A DNA stretch of 25,875 nucleotides, taken from assembly GCA_965662175.1 (NCBI GenBank), contig CBFIGT010000023.1:1-25875 (forward strand). Reading direction: 5' to 3'. The notes below the pieces were generated by a model. The model was given only the letters and a program-made list of their open reading frames with translations. It did not search any database and was not told where the DNA came from. The DNA is from Arcobacter sp. GTDB lineage: Bacteria > Campylobacterota > Campylobacteria > Campylobacterales > Arcobacteraceae. Of this stretch, positions 10,443 to 19,650 are shown piece after piece. Position 1 is the first letter of the stretch, and the number at the start of each line of letters is the position of its first letter. A program made the position numbers and the translations under genes.

Positions 10443-10448
10443 TCTTCT

Positions 10449-11177
10449 ATGAAAGTAAAAACTATATTTGTATCTGATGTACACTTGGGAACAAGATTTT
10501 CCCAAGCGGAAAAATTAATTGATTTTTTAAAAGAGTATGAGAGCGAAAACCTTTTCTTAGTGGGAGATATTATTGATGGGTGGTCAATAAAAAGAAAATT
10601 CACATGGCCACAAACCCACTCTGATGTTATTCAAAAGATACTTAGAAAAGCTAGAAAAGGTACAAATGTATATTTTATAACAGGAAATCATGATGAGTTT
10701 TTAAGGCCATTTGTTCCTTTGATTTTAGGTGATAAATTAAATATTTCAAATGAATTTGAATATAATGCTTTAAATGGGAAAAAATATTACATAACCCATG
10801 GAGATTTTTTTGATTCTATAACTATGACAAAAAAATGGTTGGCAATTTTAGGGGATTATGGTTACGATTTCCTTCTTTATATTAATCATATTTTAAATAA
10901 AATCAGAAAACTATTTAAAATAAACTCCCAATGGTCATTATCTAAATATGTAAAAGATAATGTAAAAAGTTCAGTTAGTTTTATAAATGATTTTGAAAAA
11001 GTGTTAACAGAACATGCTCATCACAAAGGATATGATGGTATTATTTGTGGACATATTCATAAAGCTGAACAAAGAGTTATTGATAATATTGAGTACAAAA
11101 ATTGTGGTGATTGGGTTGAATCTTGTACTGCAATTATAGAGGATTATGATGGGAAATTTAAAATTATTAGTTGGTAA
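10449..11177 (+). CDS. PlcP-like metallophosphoesterase (phospholipase C; often auto-annotated UDP-2,3-diacylglucosamine diphosphatase)
   Basis: TIFVSDVHLG, LVGDIIDGW, WPQTHSDVIQKILRKARKGT, GNHDE, HGDFFD, CGHIH and NCGDWVESCTA. The WPQ.H.DV.QK.LRKARKG segment matches the PlcP group as I recall it. Confidence 0.85.
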   Translation: MKVKTIFVSDVHLGTRFSQAEKLIDFLKEYESENLFLVGDIIDGWSIKRKFTWPQTHSDVIQKILRKARKGTNVYFITGNHDEFLRPFVPLILGDKLNISNEFEYNALNGKKYYITHGDFFDSITMTKKWLAILGDYGYDFLLYINHILNKIRKLFKINSQWSLSKYVKDNVKSSVSFINDFEKVLTEHAHHKGYDGIICGHIHKAEQRVIDNIEYKNCGDWVESCTAIIEDYDGKFKIISW

Positions 11178-11180
11178 AGT

Positions 11181-11933
11181 ATGAATTTAGCTTTGGTTTT
11201 AAGTGGAGGTGCAGCTCGTGGTGCTTTTCATTTAGGTGTTTTAGCTTTTTTTGATGAACATAATATAAAATTTGAAGCTTATAGTGGGAGCTCTATTGGA
11301 GCTTTAATTGCAACATCTTATGCAAGTGGTATTTCACCAAAAGAGCAACTTAAAATTTTTAAATCAAAAGAGATTAAAAAAGCTATAAAATTTAATCCAT
11401 TTTTAAATGGTCTTTTTAAAATAGATGAACAAAATCCCATAATAAAAGAGCTACTTCCCATAGAAAATTTAGAAGATATTAAAAAAGCAGTTTTTGTATG
11501 CGTTTATGATTATAAAAATAAACAACTCATCTATTATCCCAAAGGCAATACGCTTACTATTTGTACAGCTTCATTATCTCTTTTTCCTCTTTTTAAAGCT
11601 ACTAATTATGACAACAGAAAATTAATTGATGGGGGAATAGTAGATAATTTACCGGTGCGTCCTCTTCTAAATAAAAATCTAAAAATTTGTTCTATTGATT
11701 TATTTCCTAAAACTACTCAAGCTAAAGAAAAAGAGTTTAATCCCATAAAAACTTTAAAAAGAAGAGCTTTTAAAACTTGGAAGAAAAATTTAGAATACTC
11801 TATAGCACACTCTGATATTTATATTACAAATGAACGTTTAAGAAAGTATAAAATATTTACCTTTGAAAATTTAGATGAACTTTTTAATTTAGGATATAAA
11901 GAGGCAAGTAATTATCTCTCTTCATTTGAATGA
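11181..11933 (+). CDS. Patatin-like phospholipase
   Basis: LSGGAARG oxyanion motif, GSSIG nucleophile elbow and DGG motif. Starts 3 nt after the upstream stop. Confidence 0.92.
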   Translation: MNLALVLSGGAARGAFHLGVLAFFDEHNIKFEAYSGSSIGALIATSYASGISPKEQLKIFKSKEIKKAIKFNPFLNGLFKIDEQNPIIKELLPIENLEDIKKAVFVCVYDYKNKQLIYYPKGNTLTICTASLSLFPLFKATNYDNRKLIDGGIVDNLPVRPLLNKNLKICSIDLFPKTTQAKEKEFNPIKTLKRRAFKTWKKNLEYSIAHSDIYITNERLRKYKIFTFENLDELFNLGYKEASNYLSSFE

Positions 11934-11947
11934 TAGCCTATTTTTAG

Positions 11948-11953
11948 TATAAT
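11948..11953 (+). promoter_or_regulatory. Putative -10 box for the dnaE operon
   Basis: TTTTTAG-TATAAT 29 nt upstream of the dnaE ATG. Confidence 0.5.
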
Positions 11954-11982
11954 CCCGAAATACTATTATAAAAGATAAAATC

Positions 11983-14900
11983 ATGTCCGAAATACCACAA
12001 TTTACGCACTTACACTTACATACAGAGTACTCTCTTCTTGATGGAGCTAACAAAATTAAACCATTGGCTAAAAAAGTTAAAGAGATGGGAATGAAAAGTG
12101 TTGCTATGACTGACCACGGAAACTTATTTGGTGCTATTGACTTTTATAATGCCATGAGAGCCGAGGGAATAAAACCTATTATTGGGATGGAGGCTTATAT
12201 TCATAACTCAGAGGAGTTAGATGATAAATCCCACAAAAAAAGATGGCACTTATGTCTTTATGCAAAAAATGAAAAGGGTTACAAAAACCTTATGTTTTTA
12301 TCAAGCCAAGCATATATGCATGGTTTTTACTATTATCCAAGAATTACAAAAAAACTTTTAAGAGAAAATAGTGAGGGTTTAGTTTGTAGTGCCGCTTGTT
12401 TGCAAGGTGAAATTAACTGGCACCTAAATTTACAAAATGAGAGAAATGTAAAAAATGGTGCAAAGGGATATGATGAAGCAAAAAGAGTTGCTTTAGAGTA
12501 TAAAGATATTTTTGGTGATGACTTTTATTTGGAGATTATGAGACATGGTATTGGTGACCAACACTTTGTTGATGACCAAATTATTAGAATCTCAAAAGAG
12601 ACAGGTATTAAAATAGTTGCTACTAATGATACACACTATTTAGAGCAAAAAGATGCAGATGCCCATGAAGCTTTTATGTGTATTGCTATGAATAAACTTT
12701 ATGATGATCCAAATAGATTAAGACATAGTGTTCATGAGTTTTATTTAAAAACACCTGAACAAATCTCAAAACTATATGCGGATATTCCTGAAGCTATTCA
12801 TGCTACACAAGAGATATCTGATAAGTGTAATTTAGAGATAAAACTAGGAAATCCAACTCCACCAAACTTCAAGTTTACAAGACAAAAATCACAAGAACAA
12901 AATTTGGTTTTGCCTCAACCTGAACTTGAATATTCACTTGAAAATGATAAGGTTTTATTTATCCATGAGTGTTGGAAAGGTTTAGAAAAAAGACTTGAAA
13001 TAGTTCCCCAAGATAGGCATCAAGAGTATAAAGATAGACTACAAGTGGAGATTGATATTATTAATAATATGAAATTCCCTGGTTATATGCTTATTGTTTG
13101 GGATTTCGTTATTGTTGCAAAACAGATGGGAATTCCAGTTGGTCCTGGAAGGGGTTCTGCTGCTGGAAGTTTGGTTGCATACTCTTTATTTATTACAGAT
13201 ATTGACCCTATTCCTTATGGTTTACTTTTTGAGAGATTTCTAAACCCTGAAAGAATCTCAATGCCAGATATTGATATGGACTTTTGTCAAGGAAGACGAC
13301 AAGAGATTATTGATTATGTAATCAAACAATATGGTCGTGCCAATGTTGCTCAAATTATTACTTTTGGTAAATTATTAGCAAAAGGGGTAATTAGAGATGT
13401 TGCTAGAGTTCTTGATATGCCCTATTCTCAAGCTGATGCGATGGCAAAACTTATTCCTGATGAATTAGGTATAAATCTTACCTCTTCATATGAAAAAGAG
13501 CCAAAAATAAAAGAGCTTTGTGATTCAAATCCACAAGCTAAAAGAGTTTGGGATTTTGCCCTTGCCTTAGAGGGATTAAATAGAAATGCAGGAACACATG
13601 CAGCGGGTGTTGTTATTTCAAATGAACCTTTATGGAATAAAACACCACTTTTTAAACCCTCAGGTATGGATACCCTAGCAACTCAATATAATGGAAAATA
13701 TGTTGAAGATGTGGATTTAATCAAATTCGACTTCTTAGGACTTAAAACATTAACAGTAATTGAAGAAGCATTAAAACTAATAGAGAAACGTCATGGGAAA
13801 AGAGTAAACTTCCTTACAACTGATGTTAATGACAAGGGTGTTTATGATTTAATTCAAACAGGAAATACAATTGGATTATTTCAAATAGAGTCAGATGGTA
13901 TGCAGGATTTATGTAAAAGATTAAAACCATCAAACTTTGAGGATATTATCGCCGTTCTTGCTTTATATAGACCAGGTCCAATGGAGTCTGGGATGCTTGA
14001 TGACTTTATTGATAGAAAACATGGTCGTGCTGAAATCAACTACTTTTATGATGAGTTTGATGCTCCTTTACGTCCTATCTTAGAGACAACTTATGGGGTT
14101 ATTGTTTATCAAGAGCAAGTTATGCAAATCGTTCAATCTATTGGTGGATTTAGCCTTGGAGGTGCGGACTTAGTTAGACGGGCAATGGGTAAAAAGATTA
14201 AAGAGGAGATGGATAGATTAAAAGGTGAATTTGCAATTGGAGGAGTTAAAAAAGGCTTCCAAAAAGAGCATTGTGAAGAACTTTTTGATTTGATTGTTAA
14301 GTTTGCTGGATATGGATTTAATAAATCTCACTCAGCAGCTTATGCATTAGTTACCTTTTATACCTCTTATTTAAAATGCTATTATCCATCAGAGTTTATG
14401 GCAGCACTTTTAACACTTGAAAAAGATAACACTGATAAAGTTGTAAAATATGTTGATGAAGTAAAAAGATTAAAACTAGACCTTTTTCCACCTGATATAA
14501 ATAAATCTGATTTAGTTTTTTCAGCTAAAAAGATTGATGGTCAAGAGGTTGTAATGTTTGGAATGGGTGCCATTAAAGGTGCTGGAGATGTTGCAATTAA
14601 ATCAATTTTAAAAGAGAGATTAGAGAATGGCTCATTTAAAGATTTTTCTGATTTTGTTTCAAGAGTTGATGGAAGTAAAGTAAATAAAAGAGTATTTGAA
14701 TCTTTAGCAAAATCTGGAGCTTTTGACTCATTTGGACACTCACGACGAGCCATCTTAGAACAAATTGAACTTATCAATGAGACTGTTGGAAAAGCTATGA
14801 GTGCTAAAAAAATGGCAACAGGCTCTTTATTTGGAGATAGTGAAGAGTTAACACGAGTTGAAATACAACTTGAAGAGTTCCCTGAGTATGAGCTAAAAGA

Positions 14901-15525
14901 GTTACTTGAGGTTGAAAAACAATCCCTTGGTTTTTATGTATCAGGACATCCACTTGATGAGTATAGAGAGCAAATTGATGCCATAAAATATACTTTATCA
15001 TCTGAAATTGATGATTTAGATGATGGAAGTGAAGCTCTGTTTATTGGTAAAGTTGAAACTATTACAGAACGAATCTCTAAAAAAGGAAACAAATTTGCAA
15101 TTATAAGTATAATGGACTTCCATGGAAATATTGAGCTTATGCTTTTTGAAGATAAACTAAAAGAGTTAAGAGAAGATTTTGATTTAGAAGAGCCAATTGC
15201 ATTTAAAGTAAGAGTTACAAAAGATGATCAATTTACAAGAATAAACTTAAGAAAAATAGAGACTTTAAAAGAAGCAAAAAAAGAGAAAATAAAAACAAAG
15301 CAAAAAGCTATTGAAGAACCACCTTTAACTGTAGCTGTAAACTTTACAGATAATGCTAGAATTATTGATGAGTTATTTAATGTAATTGCCCATAATCAAG
15401 GGAAAAGAGAGCTGAAAATATTAATAAAATCAAAACTTGGTGATATCGAACTTGATAGTGGATATAAAGTTACATCAACAGTAGAGTCTTTAATAAAATC
15501 AATAGATGGAGCATTTATAGCATAA
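11983..15525 (+). CDS. dnaE: DNA polymerase III alpha subunit
   Basis: PHP domain HLHLHTEYSLLDG, GPGRGSAAGSLVAY, MPDIDMDF, KFDFLGL, FAGYGFNKSHSAAY and a C-terminal OB fold. Confidence 0.99.
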   Translation: MSEIPQFTHLHLHTEYSLLDGANKIKPLAKKVKEMGMKSVAMTDHGNLFGAIDFYNAMRAEGIKPIIGMEAYIHNSEELDDKSHKKRWHLCLYAKNEKGYKNLMFLSSQAYMHGFYYYPRITKKLLRENSEGLVCSAACLQGEINWHLNLQNERNVKNGAKGYDEAKRVALEYKDIFGDDFYLEIMRHGIGDQHFVDDQIIRISKETGIKIVATNDTHYLEQKDADAHEAFMCIAMNKLYDDPNRLRHSVHEFYLKTPEQISKLYADIPEAIHATQEISDKCNLEIKLGNPTPPNFKFTRQKSQEQNLVLPQPELEYSLENDKVLFIHECWKGLEKRLEIVPQDRHQEYKDRLQVEIDIINNMKFPGYMLIVWDFVIVAKQMGIPVGPGRGSAAGSLVAYSLFITDIDPIPYGLLFERFLNPERISMPDIDMDFCQGRRQEIIDYVIKQYGRANVAQIITFGKLLAKGVIRDVARVLDMPYSQADAMAKLIPDELGINLTSSYEKEPKIKELCDSNPQAKRVWDFALALEGLNRNAGTHAAGVVISNEPLWNKTPLFKPSGMDTLATQYNGKYVEDVDLIKFDFLGLKTLTVIEEALKLIEKRHGKRVNFLTTDVNDKGVYDLIQTGNTIGLFQIESDGMQDLCKRLKPSNFEDIIAVLALYRPGPMESGMLDDFIDRKHGRAEINYFYDEFDAPLRPILETTYGVIVYQEQVMQIVQSIGGFSLGGADLVRRAMGKKIKEEMDRLKGEFAIGGVKKGFQKEHCEELFDLIVKFAGYGFNKSHSAAYALVTFYTSYLKCYYPSEFMAALLTLEKDNTDKVVKYVDEVKRLKLDLFPPDINKSDLVFSAKKIDGQEVVMFGMGAIKGAGDVAIKSILKERLENGSFKDFSDFVSRVDGSKVNKRVFESLAKSGAFDSFGHSRRAILEQIELINETVGKAMSAKKMATGSLFGDSEELTRVEIQLEEFPEYELKELLEVEKQSLGFYVSGHPLDEYREQIDAIKYTLSSEIDDLDDGSEALFIGKVETITERISKKGNKFAIISIMDFHGNIELMLFEDKLKELREDFDLEEPIAFKVRVTKDDQFTRINLRKIETLKEAKKEKIKTKQKAIEEPPLTVAVNFTDNARIIDELFNVIAHNQGKRELKILIKSKLGDIELDSGYKVTSTVESLIKSIDGAFIA

Positions 15526-16313
15526 TGAAACAAATTTTACTTACAAATGATGATGGCTTTGATGCAATTGGATTAAAAGCTTTAATAGAAGCATTAACAC
15601 CAATTGCAAAAATCATAGTTGTAGCTCCCGCTAAAAACAAATCAGCTTGTGGTCACTCTTTAACTCTTGATAAACCACTAAGAATGGTAAATGTTGATGA
15701 TGATTATTATAAAATTGATGATGGAACACCAACTGATTGTATTTTTATCTCTTTAAATAATCTTTTTAAAAGTGATTATAAACCTGATTTAGTAATAAGT
15801 GGTATAAATATTGGTGCAAATATGGGTGAGGATATAACATATAGCGGAACAGCAGCAGGTGCTATGGAAGCTGTTTTACAAGGAATTCCAGCAATTGCTA
15901 TTTCCCAAGTATGTAATAATAGATGTGAAGATATAAAAAGTGGCTGGGACTTTGAACTTGCAAAAATTACAATTGCCAAATTAGCCAAAAAAATTTTAGA
16001 TAATAAATTCCCACTAGGAGAAAGAAAACTTTTAAATGTAAATATACCACCTATAAAAGCAGATAAGTGCAAAGGATTAAAGATAACAAAAGCAGGTTAT
16101 AGATTATATGGAAATGATACCCATAGACATCTAAACCCTAGAGGTGAAGAGTTTTATTGGATAGGATTACATCCCTTAATTTGGGAAAAAAGTGAAAATA
16201 GTGATTGTGATTTTGAAGCAATTAAAGCAAACTATGTTTCAATTACACCTATAAAACTTGATATGACATCATATAATGATATAAATATTTTAAATAATTG
16301 GATAAAGGAATAA
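15525..16313 (+). CDS. surE: 5'/3'-nucleotidase SurE
   Basis: ILLTNDDG, GTPTDC and SGINIGANMGEDITYSGT motifs. TAATG coupling to dnaE. Confidence 0.97.
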   Translation: MKQILLTNDDGFDAIGLKALIEALTPIAKIIVVAPAKNKSACGHSLTLDKPLRMVNVDDDYYKIDDGTPTDCIFISLNNLFKSDYKPDLVISGINIGANMGEDITYSGTAAGAMEAVLQGIPAIAISQVCNNRCEDIKSGWDFELAKITIAKLAKKILDNKFPLGERKLLNVNIPPIKADKCKGLKITKAGYRLYGNDTHRHLNPRGEEFYWIGLHPLIWEKSENSDCDFEAIKANYVSITPIKLDMTSYNDINILNNWIKE

Positions 16314-16317
16314 ACAA

Positions 16318-16578
16318 ATGAATTTTAAAAAAGCTTTAGAGAATCACATAGAAAAACTAGTTGGTGATTTAAAAGATGAAAAAGAGTTAAAAGAGGTTCT
16401 AAAAAGAAAATTTACTAAAAAAGAGTACAAAACTTTTCTTCATAAAGAAGAGGGAAAATCTTTCGAAGAGATTTCTGAAATTTTAGAAGAAGAGCTTGAT
16501 AGAGTACAAGAACTTTATAAATCAGCTTGCAAAAAAGTTAATCAAGAAAAGATTAAACAAGAGCTTGTTAATCTTTAA
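16318..16578 (+). CDS. Small hypothetical protein with a sigma70 region-4-like HTH
   Basis: Good RBS (AAGGA). The FTKKEYKTF...EGKSFEEISEIL...RVQELYKSACKKV pattern resembles a sigma region 4/LuxR-type HTH. Confidence 0.7.
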   Translation: MNFKKALENHIEKLVGDLKDEKELKEVLKRKFTKKEYKTFLHKEEGKSFEEISEILEEELDRVQELYKSACKKVNQEKIKQELVNL

Positions 16579-16589
16579 TTAATTATTAA

Positions 16590-17966
16590 TTACATTTTAG
16601 CAGGATTTTTTCCTGCTTCACTTGAAGCTATTGATACCTCTTTTGCTTCATTAAATTTTTTTTTAAACTTCACCATTACCATACCAGCAAATTTATTATC
16701 TTTTTTGTTATAAAACTCTACTCTATAAATCTGACCTTTTACATCAATTGAAAATCTAGGAGGAATATCTTTCTTTGTAATATTTAATCCAGATTCATTT
16801 CTTTGTCTTTTATTCACATATCCTATAACATTTACTCTATAATCATTTGGAACGACTGAAAAATCTTCTCCAACTACAATCAAAGAGCCTATCTCTACTT
16901 TTTTAATTTCACCATCAATTTTAAACTCAATTGTTTCTCTTTTTTCTTCAACATCTAAAAAGTCAGGTTTTAAAACTGCTAACTTTCTATTCCCATAGTG
17001 AATAGAGTATGTTGATTTATTATTTTTAACAATTGTCATAACAGGACTACTTGGTTTAAACTCAATAGTTCCATCTTTTTTGATTGGAAAATATTTTAAG
17101 TATCTTCTAACTTCAGATAATGGAAGTTTAATTTTATCATCATAAAATGTTATATAAATATCATTATCAATCACATTTTTTAAAGCAAGTGGTTCTAAAT
17201 CAAATTTTCTTTTAAACTCAATTCCCATAACATTCATATACTCTTCAAGAGCTAATAAATGATAATATGACCTTTCATGTACAGGTAACTCTTTACTAGC
17301 TTCATTTCCAAAAGCTGCTTTTCCATTATTAATAGCAAAATAAGTAAGAGTTTTTTCCATCTCTTTATCACCCATTTTTGTTCTTGTATTATGGATATGA
17401 TAAATATCTTCATCTCTAATCAAGCCTGCATTTACTTTTTTACAAATTCTATCTGCTATCTCTTCTAAATTTCCATATTTTTCAATATCTAAAGTAGATT
17501 GGTCAATAATAGAACTTTGTCCCCATCTATATGGAGCATGCATACTATCAATAACAGTATGTCTATAATATCCACTTCCATCATGTAAATTTAATACAAG
17601 TTTTACCTCAGGAGCTGTTATATAACTCTTTATTCTTTGAACATCTTCATAATCAGGATCATCTTTATCTAATGCTGCAAATTTTCTATTCATATCACCA
17701 TGTGGTCCACGAGTTCTTGTAATAATAGAATAAAAATTAAGATTTGGTACAACCCAAACAGAACCTTTTGTTATCTCATAATGAGTTGCTATCAAAGAAG
17801 CAGCCATAAAACCACCTGGCTCATCTCCTTGAATTCCACCAACTATTAATAGAGTATTATCATCTTGCTGACCCATTTTTATTAGCTCAAAATCTAACTT
17901 ATGCTCATTTGCAAATAAGTTCTGAGCCAATAAAAAAATAAATACTATTTTAAACAATTTTAACAT
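16590..17966 (-). CDS. Peptidoglycan DL-carboxypeptidase, Pgp1/Csd4 family
   Basis: GGIQGDEPGG (Gln/Glu metal ligands typical of Csd4), DMNRKF, LNLHDGSG and AFGNEASKELP. Start moved to the ATG at 17966, giving the signal peptide MLKLFKIVFIFLLAQNLFA. Confidence 0.88.
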   Translation of the reverse strand: MLKLFKIVFIFLLAQNLFANEHKLDFELIKMGQQDDNTLLIVGGIQGDEPGGFMAASLIATHYEITKGSVWVVPNLNFYSIITRTRGPHGDMNRKFAALDKDDPDYEDVQRIKSYITAPEVKLVLNLHDGSGYYRHTVIDSMHAPYRWGQSSIIDQSTLDIEKYGNLEEIADRICKKVNAGLIRDEDIYHIHNTRTKMGDKEMEKTLTYFAINNGKAAFGNEASKELPVHERSYYHLLALEEYMNVMGIEFKRKFDLEPLALKNVIDNDIYITFYDDKIKLPLSEVRRYLKYFPIKKDGTIEFKPSSPVMTIVKNNKSTYSIHYGNRKLAVLKPDFLDVEEKRETIEFKIDGEIKKVEIGSLIVVGEDFSVVPNDYRVNVIGYVNKRQRNESGLNITKKDIPPRFSIDVKGQIYRVEFYNKKDNKFAGMVMVKFKKKFNEAKEVSIASSEAGKNPAKM

Positions 17967-18762
17967 GCCAAGGTTCATACCTAACTCCGTCTTTATTATC
18001 AACTGTATACCTCATATCAATATATTTTAAACTTTTCATTTGTGAAAATTCATTTGTGTAAGAAAATCTTTCAGTAAAATTATCAGCACCTAAACCTTTT
18101 TTACCAACATCAAAATCACCAATTGCATGATAAGTAAATGCAGGAGGTGCTATTGACCTTGAAGCTTTAGATAAGTTCAAATTAACTGAATCTAATTTAT
18201 CTAAAAACAGTTTCAACTGCTTAACAACAGACCTTACACCTGAAGTTAAATAAATTGTAGGCCCTATATCATTAGTAAGGTGAATATAAGTCTCTTTAGG
18301 TTTTCCCTTAAATAAGTAGTGTCCGGTATAAGGGATTTTTTCTATCTCTTTTATATCAATCTCTGATGTAAGATTTGTAGTAATTCTATCCCCATAAAAT
18401 CCATGATAAGAGGGTTCATAGTAGAAAATATGCTCAATAAAATCTAACTCTTCTTTAGTGAATTTTTGCATATTTTTAGAATATTTTAAAATTTTATAAG
18501 CATAATCAAAAGAGATAATATTAAAGTTTCCATATCCAACATAATCTTGGATATATGTAATTTTTTCTTGCACACTTTTAAAAACATTTATATATTCATC
18601 CTCTAAATAAACATCTTTTAAATTAAAGCTATTGTGCTTAGTGCTTATTGAGTCTTTTGGAGTATAAGCAACATTTAATTCAGTACTTTTTGATATCAAT
18701 GGTAAGGTAGCTGTTAAAACAGCCAAATTTTTTGTTTTATTTAAGAAGTCTCTTCTGTTCAT
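17950..18762 (-). CDS. Tat-exported M15 (VanY/LdcB-like) zinc carboxypeptidase
   Basis: Twin-arginine motif NRRDFL, TSGVRS..KQ, IAPPAFTYH..GDFD and C-terminal YEPWH. Confidence 0.85.
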   Translation of the reverse strand: MNRRDFLNKTKNLAVLTATLPLISKSTELNVAYTPKDSISTKHNSFNLKDVYLEDEYINVFKSVQEKITYIQDYVGYGNFNIISFDYAYKILKYSKNMQKFTKEELDFIEHIFYYEPSYHGFYGDRITTNLTSEIDIKEIEKIPYTGHYLFKGKPKETYIHLTNDIGPTIYLTSGVRSVVKQLKLFLDKLDSVNLNLSKASRSIAPPAFTYHAIGDFDVGKKGLGADNFTERFSYTNEFSQMKSLKYIDMRYTVDNKDGVRYEPWHVKIV

Positions 18763-18787
18763 GCTAGGGATTTTACTAAATAAGAAC

Positions 18788-19051
18788 TTATAATACCATT
18801 TTTATTGAGCTATGTTGCCCCAAAAGTTCATATATTGTCTTCCTATCATCATCATTATGAACAATTAAATCTAATGTGTAACTTTTAAACTTACCTTTTG
18901 CACTCACTTTAGACTCTTTAACACTATGTTCTCTTTCAAGTATAACTTCTTGAACCACTTCTTTGATATTTATTGACTCCAAAACTACAATTTTATAAGC
19001 CCAACTACATGGGTAATCTAACTCTAATTTGTGTTTATTTAAATCAACCAT
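18788..19051 (-). CDS. DUF493/YbeD (HP0495-like) family protein
   Basis: LDYPCSWAYKIV, S.KGKF.SY.L and IY..L.....IKMVL motifs. Confidence 0.88.
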   Translation of the reverse strand: MVDLNKHKLELDYPCSWAYKIVVLESINIKEVVQEVILEREHSVKESKVSAKGKFKSYTLDLIVHNDDDRKTIYELLGQHSSIKMVL

Positions 19052-19539
19052 TATTTTTCTCCAATATTTTCTCTTAAAAATTCGCCACTTTTACCACCTG
19101 ATTTTTTCTCTAATTGAACATTAGAGATAACCATTGATTTATCAATTGCTTTTACCATATCATAAATTGTAAGTAAGCCAACACTAACTCCTGTTAAAGC
19201 TTCCATTTCAACACCTGTTTGACCATTAAGTTTTGCTGTTACAATTAATTTAAACCCCGGTAATTCAGGTAATTCTACAACATCACAATTTATTCCACTT
19301 AATAATAAAGGATGGCACATAGGAATTAATTCACTAGTTTTTTTAACTCCCATAATAGCAGCAATAACAGCTGTTTGTAAAACAGGACCTTTTTTTGTAT
19401 TATTAGAAATAATAGCATCATATGCACTATTTGACATTGAGATTTCCCCTGAAGCCACTGCAACTCTTGTTGTATCTTCTTTTGAAGAGACATCAACCAT
19501 TTTAGGTCTATTATTATTATCTAAATGTGTTAAATCCAA
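19051..19539 (-). CDS. moaC: Cyclic pyranopterin monophosphate synthase MoaC
   Basis: LTHLD...[32 protein letters not shown] and KSGGKSG motifs. TTG start with AGGA RBS. Confidence 0.97.
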   Translation of the reverse strand: MDLTHLDNNNRPKMVDVSSKEDTTRVAVASGEISMSNSAYDAIISNNTKKGPVLQTAVIAAIMGVKKTSELIPMCHPLLLSGINCDVVELPELPGFKLIVTAKLNGQTGVEMEALTGVSVGLLTIYDMVKAIDKSMVISNVQLEKKSGGKSGEFLRENIGEK

Positions 19540-19610
19540 AACTATTTCCTAAATTTAATTTTTATAATTATATCCTTTTATGGTTAAATTTAAATTAAGC
19601 AAAAGTTAAA

Positions 19611-19616
19611 TATAAT
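19611..19616 (+). promoter_or_regulatory. Putative -10 box for rpsU
   Basis: TATAAT 34 nt upstream of the ATG at 19651, with TTAAG upstream. A divergent TATAAT for moaC lies at 19572-19567. Confidence 0.55.
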
Positions 19617-19650
19617 GAGCCCCAATTTTAAAAAGAAAGAGGGTGATTAC

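Noticed and set aside
10449..11177. Calling this gene lpxH (lipid A synthesis)
   Set aside because: Motifs and the GT4 neighbour fit the PlcP group better, so the symbol is withheld pending phylogeny.
11983..15525. Possible intein or insertion in dnaE
   Set aside because: The length (1180 aa) is ordinary, the motifs are contiguous and no intein signatures were seen.
16656..16664. Homopolymer A/T runs as phase-variation tracts
   Set aside because: They are expected in very AT-rich DNA, the frames are intact and there are no long poly-G/C tracts.
17967..18002. Longer ORF-track starts for the pgp1-like gene (18002), rpsU (19615), sbtB (21952) and pyk (24525)
   Set aside because: Downstream ATGs fit RBS spacing, signal peptide or family N-termini better.
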